Shown here in pieces: positions 19,711-28,593 of a DNA stretch of 64,000 nt (the stretch's first letter is position 1; every line of letters begins with the position of its first letter). The stretch comes from Nitrospirota bacterium (lineage in GTDB: Bacteria > Nitrospirota > UBA9217): positions 162,254 through 226,253 of the forward strand of contig CAVWHO010000017.1 of NCBI GenBank assembly GCA_963754875.1, given 5' to 3'. The notes under the pieces were generated by a model. The model ran no database searches, was not told the origin of the DNA, and saw only the letters and a list, made by a program, of their open reading frames with translations. The position numbers and the translations under genes were made by a program.

Positions 19711-21783
19711 CTAATAGGGAGACACGAAGCAGGTACTTAACCCCTTCGATGCCTGTTCCTGCTGCACTACCTTCTGCAGTTGTTGCCCGTTGGATTCAAG
19801 CAGACTGGAAGCGGACAATTGCCCCCAATTACTGACATGTATGAGCCTGACCACGCTGTTGGCAATGCTTTTTCTTTCATCCGGCGTGATTGCCATACAC
19901 GATGTGCTTTTGCGGCAATATCCGGAATAGCTGCAACTGATATTTTGACACATGTCATTGTCAACGGTTACGCTTTTGGACAAATTCCTCGGCCGGTCGA
20001 CATTACAGCCTTTGATCACGGCGACATGATAGGCAAGGAGCTGCAGCGGTACAACGGTGACAAAAGGAACGAGCGCGGGATGTGTCGGCGGCACCACGAT
20101 CATGTCGTCCGCCTTGTCGCGGAAGGCAGCGGGTGAATCCGTGACCACAATGATCCTTCCTCCCATCGCTTTCACCTCCGCGATGTTCGAGAGCATCTTT
20201 TCGTGCAGGCCGTCGATCGTTGCCAGGAAAACAACGGGGACTCCCTCCTCGATCAGCGCGATGGGGCCATGTTTCATTTCTCCCGCCGGATATCCGTCAG
20301 CGTGAATGTAGGCGAGCTCCTTCATCTTGAGCGCGCCTTCGAGCGCGACAGGGTAGTTTATGCCCCGGCCGACGTACAGCATGCTCTTCGCGTTCACGAG
20401 GGTCTTTGCGATCTCCTTGACCACGCTGTCGGTTTGGAGCGCCTGTCGAATGAGCCTTGGCAGATCGAGCAGAAATGGTTTGAGCGTCTGAATCTCGAGG
20501 TCGCTGAGCTTGCCTTTCTTGGTACCCAGGGCAATACCCAGGAGGCTCAGGGCGGCAAGCTGAGCGGTAAAGGCCTTGGTGGACACCACGCCGATCTCCA
20601 GCCCCGCACGCGTGTAGAGGACCGAATCAGCCTCGCGCGTGGTCGTGCTGCCGACGACATTGCAGATCGTTAAGGTCCTCGCTCCTTTTCCCTTCGCTTC
20701 CCGCTGTGCTGCGAGGGTATCGGCTGTTTCTCCGGACTGCGTAATGGTGATGAGTACCGTTCCTTTCGGGATGACCGGGCACATGTCGCGGAACTCCGAG
20801 GCGATGTCCACGGCCACGGGGATGCGGACGAACTTCTCGATCATATACCGGCCGACGAGGCCTGCATGGTACGATGTACCGCAGGCTGCAATATGGAGCC
20901 GCCTGAGGTCCTTGACGCTACCCGCGATACCCATCTCCTCCATGAGCCTGTTCGTGTCGTCGATCCACTCCCGCAGGGTATCCATGACCCCCTGGGGTTG
21001 CTCGTATATCTCCTTGAGCATAAAATGATCATATCCCTGCTTCTCGGCCATTGCGGGCGTCCAGTTGACCGTTACGATTTTCCCTTCAAGCTGCACCGAT
21101 TCCCGGGTCTCGGCATGCTTCAGTTCGACCCCGGTGCTCCTGAGCGCGGCCAGGTGCCCCTCTTCGAGATAAATGAAGTTCCTCGTATAGGGGAGAAGCG
21201 CGGGAACATCAGATGCGAGGTACTGTGCATCCGTGCCTATCCCAATGACGAGCGGGCTGCCGTTGCGAATCGCGAACAGCGTGTCCGGCGTGCCTTCGTA
21301 GATGATCCCCAGCGCATAAGCCCCGCGAAGGTGCGCGATCGCTTGTCGGATCGCCTCATCGATGGGAAGGCCGCGGTCAAGGTAACTCGCGATGAGCTGA
21401 GGCACCACCTCCGAGTCCGTCTGGGATGTGAAAACATGTCCGGTAGCTGCCAATTCGGTCCGCAACTCGCGGTAATTTTCAATGATGCCGTTGTGTACCA
21501 CGGAGACGCCTTTCACGGTGTGCGGTTGGGCATTGACTGTGGACGGCGCCCCATGGGTGGCCCATCGCGTGTGGCCGATGCCGATCGTAATGGCTGGTAA
21601 GGGGGTAGGCAGTAGCTTCTGGAGGTCCTTCAGCTTGCCTGGAGTCTTGTAAACCTCGATTCCCGATCCGTTCTTAAAAGCAATTCCTGACGAATCGTAA
21701 CCACGGTATTCCAAACGGGTAAGGCCATCAAAGAGAAGCTGCAGAGAATCCTTTTTTCCAACATATCCCACGATTCCGCTCAT
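19711..21783 (-). CDS. glmS: Glutamine-fructose-6-phosphate aminotransferase-like protein (Cys1->Ser, C-terminal extension)
   Basis: LEYRGYDS, GHTRWATHG, HNGIIEN, QSGETADT, EGALK, GEMKHGP, PRNLSKSVT motifs. Confidence 0.9.
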   Translation of the reverse strand: MSGIVGYVGKKDSLQLLFDGLTRLEYRGYDSSGIAFKNGSGIEVYKTPGKLKDLQKLLPTPLPAITIGIGHTRWATHGAPSTVNAQPHTVKGVSVVHNGIIENYRELRTELAATGHVFTSQTDSEVVPQLIASYLDRGLPIDEAIRQAIAHLRGAYALGIIYEGTPDTLFAIRNGSPLVIGIGTDAQYLASDVPALLPYTRNFIYLEEGHLAALRSTGVELKHAETRESVQLEGKIVTVNWTPAMAEKQGYDHFMLKEIYEQPQGVMDTLREWIDDTNRLMEEMGIAGSVKDLRRLHIAACGTSYHAGLVGRYMIEKFVRIPVAVDIASEFRDMCPVIPKGTVLITITQSGETADTLAAQREAKGKGARTLTICNVVGSTTTREADSVLYTRAGLEIGVVSTKAFTAQLAALSLLGIALGTKKGKLSDLEIQTLKPFLLDLPRLIRQALQTDSVVKEIAKTLVNAKSMLYVGRGINYPVALEGALKMKELAYIHADGYPAGEMKHGPIALIEEGVPVVFLATIDGLHEKMLSNIAEVKAMGGRIIVVTDSPAAFRDKADDMIVVPPTHPALVPFVTVVPLQLLAYHVAVIKGCNVDRPRNLSKSVTVDNDMCQNISCSYSGYCRKSTSCMAITPDERKSIANSVVRLIHVSNWGQLSASSLLESNGQQLQKVVQQEQASKGLSTCFVSPY

Positions 21784-21857
21784 GATTTCGCTCCCTCGAC
21801 TTGCCGGGTCTCATGCCAGTGATAACGGCATTGCTATTTTGGACTTGACATATATAA

Positions 21858-21873
21858 AGCAAGAAGGGTGCCG
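21858..21873 (-). promoter_or_regulatory. sigma54 promoter for glmS-like gene
   Basis: cGGCACccttcTTGCt, GG-N10-GC. Confidence 0.65.
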
Positions 21874-22208
21874 GATTAATGAAGGAAACGGCCAAGGCGT
21901 GATAAAATACCGTTAATCCCTTTATTTCCTCTATTTCTTCTATTTTTTAATAAGTTACTCGCACGCTTCCTTCTCATTAGAACATAATTAAAGAGAGGAA
22001 CGAAATATGATTTTGCCCTGAAATTTCACCTATCGCGGAGAAGGACATTAAAAAAAAATTGAGTTCTCCAATAAGTGGTTCCAGGGTATACAATAAAAAA
22101 TCAGAATTTTAAGTAATTATTCAATATAATATGGTGATGTATCTATGAGATACAATATATTATAATATTATTCAATTGTTTATATAATGTGTATCAAATA
22201 TATACACA

Positions 22209-22227
22209 AAATCCGGCCCCGCTACCA
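22209..22227 (+). repeat. tRNA-Met 3' end fragment (putative att)
   Basis: AAATCCGGCCCCGCTACCA, one base short of an initiator tRNA 3' end, at the edge of an AT-rich stretch. Confidence 0.5.
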
Positions 22228-22408
22228 AGAACTCATAACTCGACACAGCAATAACATTTCCTTTGAGCCGACAATCACCCTTTGATTTGCTTGATTTTTT
22301 CCCCAAGTTGTCCTATTCTCAGGGTAAAAAAGGAGAAGGAAAAGGAAAGGAAGAATTAAGAAGGAAGAAGGGGAAAATAAAAGAACTTCTTAATTCCTCA
22401 ATTGTCTT

Positions 22409-22819
22409 ATGAAAAAACAGGTAGAGTATCTGCAGAGGTTGTTTTACGATATTTGGAATGATTTTGGAAGCGTCTATCTCATCGTGAAATATTCAAGCAC
22501 TACCAGCATCGGCAGACGCGGGTTTACCGAAGAAGAGAAGAAACAGGGGCTGCTGCTCGTTTTTAACGATAAGACCAACACCACGCTGGACTGGGACGCC
22601 GAGGGAAATCTCACCTGCGTCCTCGCCTTCGGCACCCGCAAAGAAGACGTCTTCATCCATCACGATGATCTGCTGGGCGTGTATTCACCGGAGGCACGGG
22701 TGCAGTTTCTCAGGAGCGATGTCAGCAACGAACCTGCCGAATCGCCCGAAACGGATGCCGGGCAGCGTGATAAAAACCACGTCGTTTCGATCAGCAATTT
22801 CAAACAAAGGAAGAAGTAA
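22409..22819 (+). CDS. SspB-like ClpXP adaptor
   Basis: Compact beta domain (LAFG...I..DDLLGVYSPEARVQF), acidic linker, VVSISNFKQRKK tail. Confidence 0.5.
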   Translation: MKKQVEYLQRLFYDIWNDFGSVYLIVKYSSTTSIGRRGFTEEEKKQGLLLVFNDKTNTTLDWDAEGNLTCVLAFGTRKEDVFIHHDDLLGVYSPEARVQFLRSDVSNEPAESPETDAGQRDKNHVVSISNFKQRKK

Positions 22820-22872
22820 AAAGGTCTGTTCTCGATTCTTTTTTCCAATTGCCTGCAGGAGGGGACACAAAG

Positions 22873-23253
22873 ATGTTAACGAGAATCAGTGTTGCCGCGT
22901 TCGCATTCATGATGTGCATCTCGCCCGCTGCTGCCGAACAACGACTCGGGGTCGCCGTGTATCCCGGAGCGAAATACGATTTCATCAGGACGAAGCTGCT
23001 CGCGGAGAACCCGTCAGTTCAAGGGGCGGCATACCGGACCGGCGACGATCTCGCAAAGGTCACAGCCTTTTACCGGGAGCATGGGCTCCTGTTCCTGAAG
23101 ATCGGCAGTACGTCGAAAGAGGAAGTGCGGTTCAAGAAAGTAGATATTAACGTGGATGTGGTCGTTCAGCAGCCGTGGAGGGACCCGCAAACGGGCGCCA
23201 CAATGAAGGACACCCTTATTCTGATTTTAAAAGAAAAGGAGCAGGGGAAGTAG
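22873..23253 (+). CDS. Secreted hypothetical protein
   Basis: GGAGG RBS; signal peptide; GVAVYPGA..T.DD..KV.AFY. Confidence 0.6.
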   Translation: MLTRISVAAFAFMMCISPAAAEQRLGVAVYPGAKYDFIRTKLLAENPSVQGAAYRTGDDLAKVTAFYREHGLLFLKIGSTSKEEVRFKKVDINVDVVVQQPWRDPQTGATMKDTLILILKEKEQGK

Positions 23254-23255
23254 TG

Positions 23256-23444
23256 ATGCCGAAACGGCCTGTTGTAGATCAAGACCTGTGCATAGGCTGC
23301 GGACACTGCGCGGAAGTGTGCCCCAAGGTCTTCGATCTCATCGACGACAAGTCGAACGTGACCGGGCCGCACCAGTGCGGCACCTGCAACTGCCAGGAGG
23401 CGATCGATACCTGCCCGGTGCAGGCGATCTCATGGGAAGAGTAG
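23256..23444 (+). CDS. Single-cluster ferredoxin
   Basis: CIGCGHC...CPVQAI. Confidence 0.9.
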   Translation: MPKRPVVDQDLCIGCGHCAEVCPKVFDLIDDKSNVTGPHQCGTCNCQEAIDTCPVQAISWEE

Positions 23445-23510
23445 GCGCGATATAAACACGAGAGACCCGAACCGGAAGTTTGCGCAACCGTCCTTATGAG
23501 AGAGGTGTCT

Positions 23511-23631
23511 ATGAAACAGATCGCTGACAAAACCTCGTTCTGCCTGCCCTGGACCCAGACGCTCCTGGGCACTTATGTGAACGAACGGCAAGGTGAACTT
23601 CATGGCCCTGGACTGGCTCACGCGCGCGAAC
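23511..23631 (+). pseudogene. Flavin reductase/flavoredoxin N-terminal fragment
   Basis: LPWTQTLLGTYV / NGKVNFMALDWLTRAN broken by a GAAC duplication near 23580 and truncated. Confidence 0.55.
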
Positions 23632-23747
23632 CGGGGCCACGCCTCGAACGACGCCATCCGAGTGACCCGGCCCTGCCGGGAGGCTTGCCCAGTGCTATAA
23701 TTTAATTATCCACAACAAATATCCTGAAGGAAAAGGGGTGAGTCTCT

Positions 23748-23927
23748 ATGAACATCGATCTGGACAAGAAAGAACGGGACCTGCTCGTTCATGAACTGGA
23801 GGAGACCACGATTCCGCAGATCAGGGAGCTGGTCGCCTCAGGCATGCGGAAGATCAGCCGCGATGAGCTTAAAATGGACGAGGAAGTGCTGAAGAACGTG
23901 CTTGAAAAATTGAAAAAGGCCGCGTGA
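23748..23927 (+). CDS. 59-aa hypothetical protein (not in ORF track)
   Basis: AGGGG RBS; MNIDLDKKERDLL..ELKMDEEVLKNVLEKLKKAA, helical. Confidence 0.6.
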   Translation: MNIDLDKKERDLLVHELEETTIPQIRELVASGMRKISRDELKMDEEVLKNVLEKLKKAA

Positions 23928-24201
23928 TCAGTTTCAGCTTCGGTCGTAAACAGCGGATCGATCCATCGCCCGGACCTTGGAGGGAGAGGTACTTTTTTAA
24001 GTGCCTCTTTTTTTGTGGTTCAGGAGAAAAGTGAACGGACAATTAAGACCGCTGCACAAAGGGCCCCTTTACTTTTTTGTGCAGCGGTCTCCCCCACAGG
24101 CTGAAGAAATTGCATCGCATCTAATCGTTGGTAGGGAAAAGGAAGAAGTAAGAAATAAAGGAATTTCTAAATTCATGCATTCTTAATTCTTTCTTTAGCC
24201 A

Positions 24202-25512
24202 CTAGTACCATTCAAAGCCATAGTTATAACCTGCCTGGTCAGCGTAGATGACCCTGAAGACACCCGGAGTAAAACTCTGTGAGGCCGGCGCCGTGCTGCC
24301 GCTGGTTGTCAAATTAATGCTGCCTCGTACCCTGTTCGCGGCGCTCCAGCCCGAGTCTCCGATCTCATACCCGGCGTTGCCAAATACGGTCGAAAGCTCG
24401 GCATCGGAAGGCTGGACCCAGGAGCCATCATTCAGTTTCTTCCACCATTGCCATTCGATATTCGTAATGTTACCGTTGGCCATCGTGAGCCTGATTTGAG
24501 GCATATACATGTTATAGAGGTTCGAATCGATCGTTTGTGAGTTCACGTTCTGGAAGGTAAACACCGTCGAGCCCACGGTTACCGTATAAGTCCCCGCGGG
24601 AGGCGTGGCAGGCGTTGTTGCACTGCCGCCGCAGAAAAAGTTCAGGTTCCTGCCTGATGTGTCTGCAACGTTCCAGCACGGCGTCTGATCATTTGACCCG
24701 TTCACGGTTGCCGGAGTATGGAGTGCAGCACTCGGCCAGCTGGCGGAAGGCATATCCGGATTTGCCCAGAAATAATATTCATACCCTTTGTAGGTTATGG
24801 CCGTATGGTCGCTCCAGGCCCCCTGAATAGCGGAAAAACTGCTGCTGCCGTTAAATTCATAATCAAGCCCCAGGGAGTAAGACTTGTTTTCCTGATGATC
24901 GATCACTCCGTTTCCATCAATGTCCACATTACTCAACCTTGTCATGGCGATGTCCATGATGCCGTACGCCGTCGCTATCGCTTGAGAGAGTCCGAGGTCT
25001 TGAAGAAGCGCGGACGACGTTATGGAACCCTGGGCCTCGCTCCCGCTGAGAGAAACAGTACCCAGATTGATGTCCGTCGAATTCAAATTGATGGGGAAGG
25101 AATGCATGCCCGTCGTAGCGTCGGTTTTATAGAGGCCGACGATCGAAGTCCCATTTAAAAGACCGATGATATAAGGCTTACCCTTATCGAGGTTGAGGGA
25201 AAAATCGCTTCCGCTTGTTGTTGCTGTTGCAAACGTCCCGTCGGAGCTGACGGCCACGATGTTGCTGACCGTGGTCCCGGCTGCAAAAGCGCTTTTTAAC
25301 GGAGACAGGTAAGCCAGCAAGCGGCTGAATCGGGTGTCTGTTGCGGCCATGGTAACGGTTGCGTTGTCCAGCTTTCCAGTGATTTTAACGGTGCCATTGC
25401 CCGCTCCCGCTCCGGGTCCGGACCCGGAGCCGCCGCTGCTGCAGCCTGATGCGACAATACCGATCGCGCAGACTGTCGCGATCATAAGAACATGAACTCT
25501 GCCAATCTTCAT
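24202..25512 (-). CDS. Surface lipoprotein, beta-rich
   Basis: Lipobox ASGC, Gly/Ser linker, DIDGNG Ca-binding-like loop. Confidence 0.7.
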   Translation of the reverse strand: MKIGRVHVLMIATVCAIGIVASGCSSGGSGSGPGAGAGNGTVKITGKLDNATVTMAATDTRFSRLLAYLSPLKSAFAAGTTVSNIVAVSSDGTFATATTSGSDFSLNLDKGKPYIIGLLNGTSIVGLYKTDATTGMHSFPINLNSTDINLGTVSLSGSEAQGSITSSALLQDLGLSQAIATAYGIMDIAMTRLSNVDIDGNGVIDHQENKSYSLGLDYEFNGSSSFSAIQGAWSDHTAITYKGYEYYFWANPDMPSASWPSAALHTPATVNGSNDQTPCWNVADTSGRNLNFFCGGSATTPATPPAGTYTVTVGSTVFTFQNVNSQTIDSNLYNMYMPQIRLTMANGNITNIEWQWWKKLNDGSWVQPSDAELSTVFGNAGYEIGDSGWSAANRVRGSINLTTSGSTAPASQSFTPGVFRVIYADQAGYNYGFEWY

Positions 25513-25838
25513 GATACGCCCCTTTCTTTTCCACAAAAAGATATTGAGCTGATCGTACACCCCTTTTCCCGCACACGCAACATAAAGTTGCAGTTTACGT
25601 TGTGCAAAACGCAACAGGTTGTTTTCAAGAAAAGAAAATATTTTGCCTTGCCGCATCAATACTGATTTTGTTCTTTGCCTTCTGCAATTCTCACGCAAAA
25701 CTGTTGACTGGACTGCCTCTTTCCGTTATGGTGATCATGACCGCCCGCGCTGTCCCGTACTCCTAGTGCAGCACACTGCGACGGGATTACGAGGTCTGCG
25801 GCCGGACCGAAATACGGACTCCTCACTGCCTGTTGAAG

Positions 25839-26348
25839 ATGGTCTTTTCGTACTACAATAAACTGTCATCAGCCCAAAAGCGCGTCTATCGGAAGAGCGA
25901 CGAGATTCACGCGGTGCCCCTCGTTGATGGCAGGACATTCCAGCCGCTCATCGCGCGCCTGGCTTCGGCTTTGGAGCAGGAAGACCGGGCGCAGACAGAA
26001 GAGATCTGTAGAGCGCTCGCCTTGGGCCTCGCAAACGGTCTCGGTGTCCCTCCGCTTCGCCTGAAAGTGCTTCCAGCGCGGCCGGCCGGCGGATGGGGAG
26101 AACTGCACGGCTTGTATGAACTGGCCCAAGGCAGGGCATCCGCTGTCATAACCCTTTGGATGCGCACGGCAAGGCACAAGCGCGTGGTTGCCTTTCGTAC
26201 GTTCCTGCGCACGTTCCTGCACGAGTTCTGCCATCATCTGGACTATCACCGGTACGGCCTGGACGACTCGTTCCATACCGAGGGGTTCTATAAGCGGGAA
26301 TCGAGCCTCTTTCATCAATTGGTGCCGGAGTCGCACCCAACCTCATAA
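25839..26348 (+). CDS. Putative zinc metalloprotease (SprT-like)
   Basis: LHEFCHH...H..GFY. Confidence 0.65.
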   Translation: MVFSYYNKLSSAQKRVYRKSDEIHAVPLVDGRTFQPLIARLASALEQEDRAQTEEICRALALGLANGLGVPPLRLKVLPARPAGGWGELHGLYELAQGRASAVITLWMRTARHKRVVAFRTFLRTFLHEFCHHLDYHRYGLDDSFHTEGFYKRESSLFHQLVPESHPTS

Positions 26349-26479
26349 ACACAACTGAATAGAGATACGCGAAATGCAGAAGCAGCCATGGCGACAGGGT
26401 CTTCGATTTCAAGGTACTTCAGATAATCAACGGCTTCGTGATACTGTGTGATCTATGAGAGAATTGTCCAAAATCACCC

Positions 26480-26506
26480 TATAGTTTCAGCCAGAGTTGC
26501 CGATAA
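26480..26506 (+). promoter_or_regulatory. sigma28 (FliA) promoter
   Basis: TATA-N15-GCCGATAA. Confidence 0.7.
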
Positions 26507-26551
26507 GACAGATGGATGCTAAATGTTGCATAATGAAAGGAGCAAATAATC

Positions 26552-26785
26552 ATGTCAGATGCAATTTCTGGAATTGTTTCCGGGCAACCAGCTTATCAGC
26601 CTCAGCAAGTGGCTTCTCAGCAACCAGCAACACAGGGAGCTGCCCCATCATCCAAGGATGATATTGTAACTATCTCGTCTCAGGGCAAGCAAGCAACACA
26701 ACAACCCGCCCCTTACTCGCCGACTGAGGAAAAGAACGAGTCTTACGCTCAGAAGACCGCAGAGGCCCAGGCTGGCAAGAAGTAG
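26552..26785 (+). CDS. Small Gln/Pro-rich hypothetical protein
   Basis: AAGGAG RBS; DIVTISSQGKQ motif. Confidence 0.65.
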   Translation: MSDAISGIVSGQPAYQPQQVASQQPATQGAAPSSKDDIVTISSQGKQATQQPAPYSPTEEKNESYAQKTAEAQAGKK

Positions 26786-26922
26786 CAGTTTTAAGAAATG
26801 GGATGTTTTTATAGAGCACATCGGTACATCGGTGTGCTTATTTTGTTTCCAAGCTGACACACGTCGGAAAGGTAATGAGGGATTGTCGGCCGGCTGAAGG
26901 GAGCGTTGCCAGGAGATAGAAA

Positions 26923-27183
26923 TCAAGATTTGATGGGATCCCTTTTCAAATAGCAGCTCTCGCAGAAGGCCTTCCCATCAACGGAATAGTAGCCTTTGTT
27001 AGAGCAATCGCGATAAAAATTCCGTGTCGGCGAGCATGCCTCGTTACCGACAGCCGACGGTACGCACAATTGCAATTTGCATGCGGAACAAGTCAGTCTT
27101 TTCGGACAAGGACAGTGCTCGCAGTCTTTGTCAGGACATCCGGGGCATGGCTGCGCTGTTGAAGAATCCACAATAGTCTCCAA
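26923..27183 (-). CDS. Cys-rich small protein
   Basis: 12 Cys, several CxxC; start may be GTG at 27171. Confidence 0.5.
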   Translation of the reverse strand: METIVDSSTAQPCPGCPDKDCEHCPCPKRLTCSACKLQLCVPSAVGNEACSPTRNFYRDCSNKGYYSVDGKAFCESCYLKRDPIKS

Positions 27184-27435
27184 GATCTACGATCCTAAAG
27201 CCGGAATAAAAATGCCGGTGTCAACCATCTGTTCTGCGTGGTGCCGTATGGCAGGGCCGACGTTGTTATCTGCCGCCTTTCTGTTGCAGTGCCCGGTTTT
27301 CTAAAGAGTGAGCGCCCGGGGACGCGCTGGGCTCATGAAAAATTATAGTCGAACCCTGATTAATTTCAATCGGGGATTCCCTGATTGCTCTTCTGTGAGA
27401 AGCGAATGTAGGTCCGGCGCGCTTGCTTGGCCTGA

Positions 27436-28089
27436 TCAGTCTTCGAGGGAGGTTATGCCTTCGCGGATGGCGAATTTCGTAAGATCGGCGATGCTGCGGG
27501 TATTCAATTTGGTCATGATCTGGTGGCGGTGCGTTTCTACGGTCTTCACGCTGACGTCGAGCAGGGCTGCAACTTCCCGTGTTGTTTTGCCTTCCGCCAG
27601 GAGCTGGAGCACCTCCCGTTCCCGGGCAGTGAGCGTTGATTTAGCTGCTTTCCGGCCTTGCCGGGACGCCCGCGTCTCGCCTTCGCGATGAACAGCCGCG
27701 TTCTGGGGGCAGAAATATCGTTGGTTCTCCAGTACTGCGCGAACGGCCTTCAGCAACTCCGTGTACCCGCAGGTCTTGTGTATATAACCCGATGCGCCGG
27801 CATCGAGCATGTCCAGAACAAACCGCTTCTCCCTGTGTTTGGACAGGGCTATGATCTTGATGCCGGGACATTTGCCGACAATGCGTCGCGTCGCTTCCAT
27901 CCCGTTCATCCGGGGCATGGAAATGTCCATGATGACTACATCGGGAGTAAGCCGCTGCGCCAATTGGACAGCCTCGCGACCGTCATTCGCCTCGGCAACG
28001 ACTTTCATGTCCGCCTGTTTGTCGAAAAGCGTTCTCAGCCCTTCGCGCACGATCTCATGATCGTCGGCAAGAAGGATTTTAATGCTCAT
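27436..28089 (-). CDS. NarL/LuxR-family response regulator
   Basis: LADDHEIVREG, MDISMP, LTAREREVL..KTVETHR. Confidence 0.95.
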   Translation of the reverse strand: MSIKILLADDHEIVREGLRTLFDKQADMKVVAEANDGREAVQLAQRLTPDVVIMDISMPRMNGMEATRRIVGKCPGIKIIALSKHREKRFVLDMLDAGASGYIHKTCGYTELLKAVRAVLENQRYFCPQNAAVHREGETRASRQGRKAAKSTLTAREREVLQLLAEGKTTREVAALLDVSVKTVETHRHQIMTKLNTRSIADLTKFAIREGITSLED

Positions 28090-28403
28090 ACGTCTCCTCT
28101 TTGCAGTCTTGAATCAGCATGAATGAACCACGAATGTCGGTTGTCAGTGTTGTTGTTTCAGATGGACAGTGCAATGGGTGAGTTAAACAGGATGAATGGT
28201 ACCTTAAATCGTGGCAAATGACAATCGGGGAATTCCTTAGTATTGCTTTTTAAACGTTTCCCGTTCGACTTTTTCCGTCGGTTCATTCTGCTTTCATCTA
28301 TGCCTCATATGATATGATACCTCTTGCAAAAATTTAGTCAAGACCGCATCGAAGGTCCTCCACACCGTACCGTTATCCACTGCAACATGCCGGGGCTTTT
28401 ATT

Positions 28404-28432
28404 TTGACAGCGCTCCCTTTTTTTGCTAAAGT
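28404..28432 (+). promoter_or_regulatory. sigma70-like promoter upstream of the methyltransferase
   Basis: TTGACA-17-TAAAGT with extended TG. Confidence 0.5.
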
Positions 28433-28593
28433 TCCTGCATGACGCGCCACTCCTCAGAGAACATGCCCGTACTGTTTACCCGTTCAAAAACGCTGGCGTT
28501 CTCTATCACGATGGTGAAGTCGCATAACCTCAAGCGGCAATGAAAAGAGGGGGATGTTCAAAGCAGACCAGGACCGTATCTGAGAGGTGACCC

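Noticed and set aside
21784..21860. glmS ribozyme upstream of glmS
   Set aside because: Leader is short and no recognisable conserved core was seen
22100..22208. AT-rich stretch with vague dif-like look
   Set aside because: No XerD arm (TTATGTTAAAT) match
22321..22400. Purine-rich tract with GAATTAAGAAG/CTTCTTAATTC inverted repeat
   Set aside because: Low complexity; no assignable function
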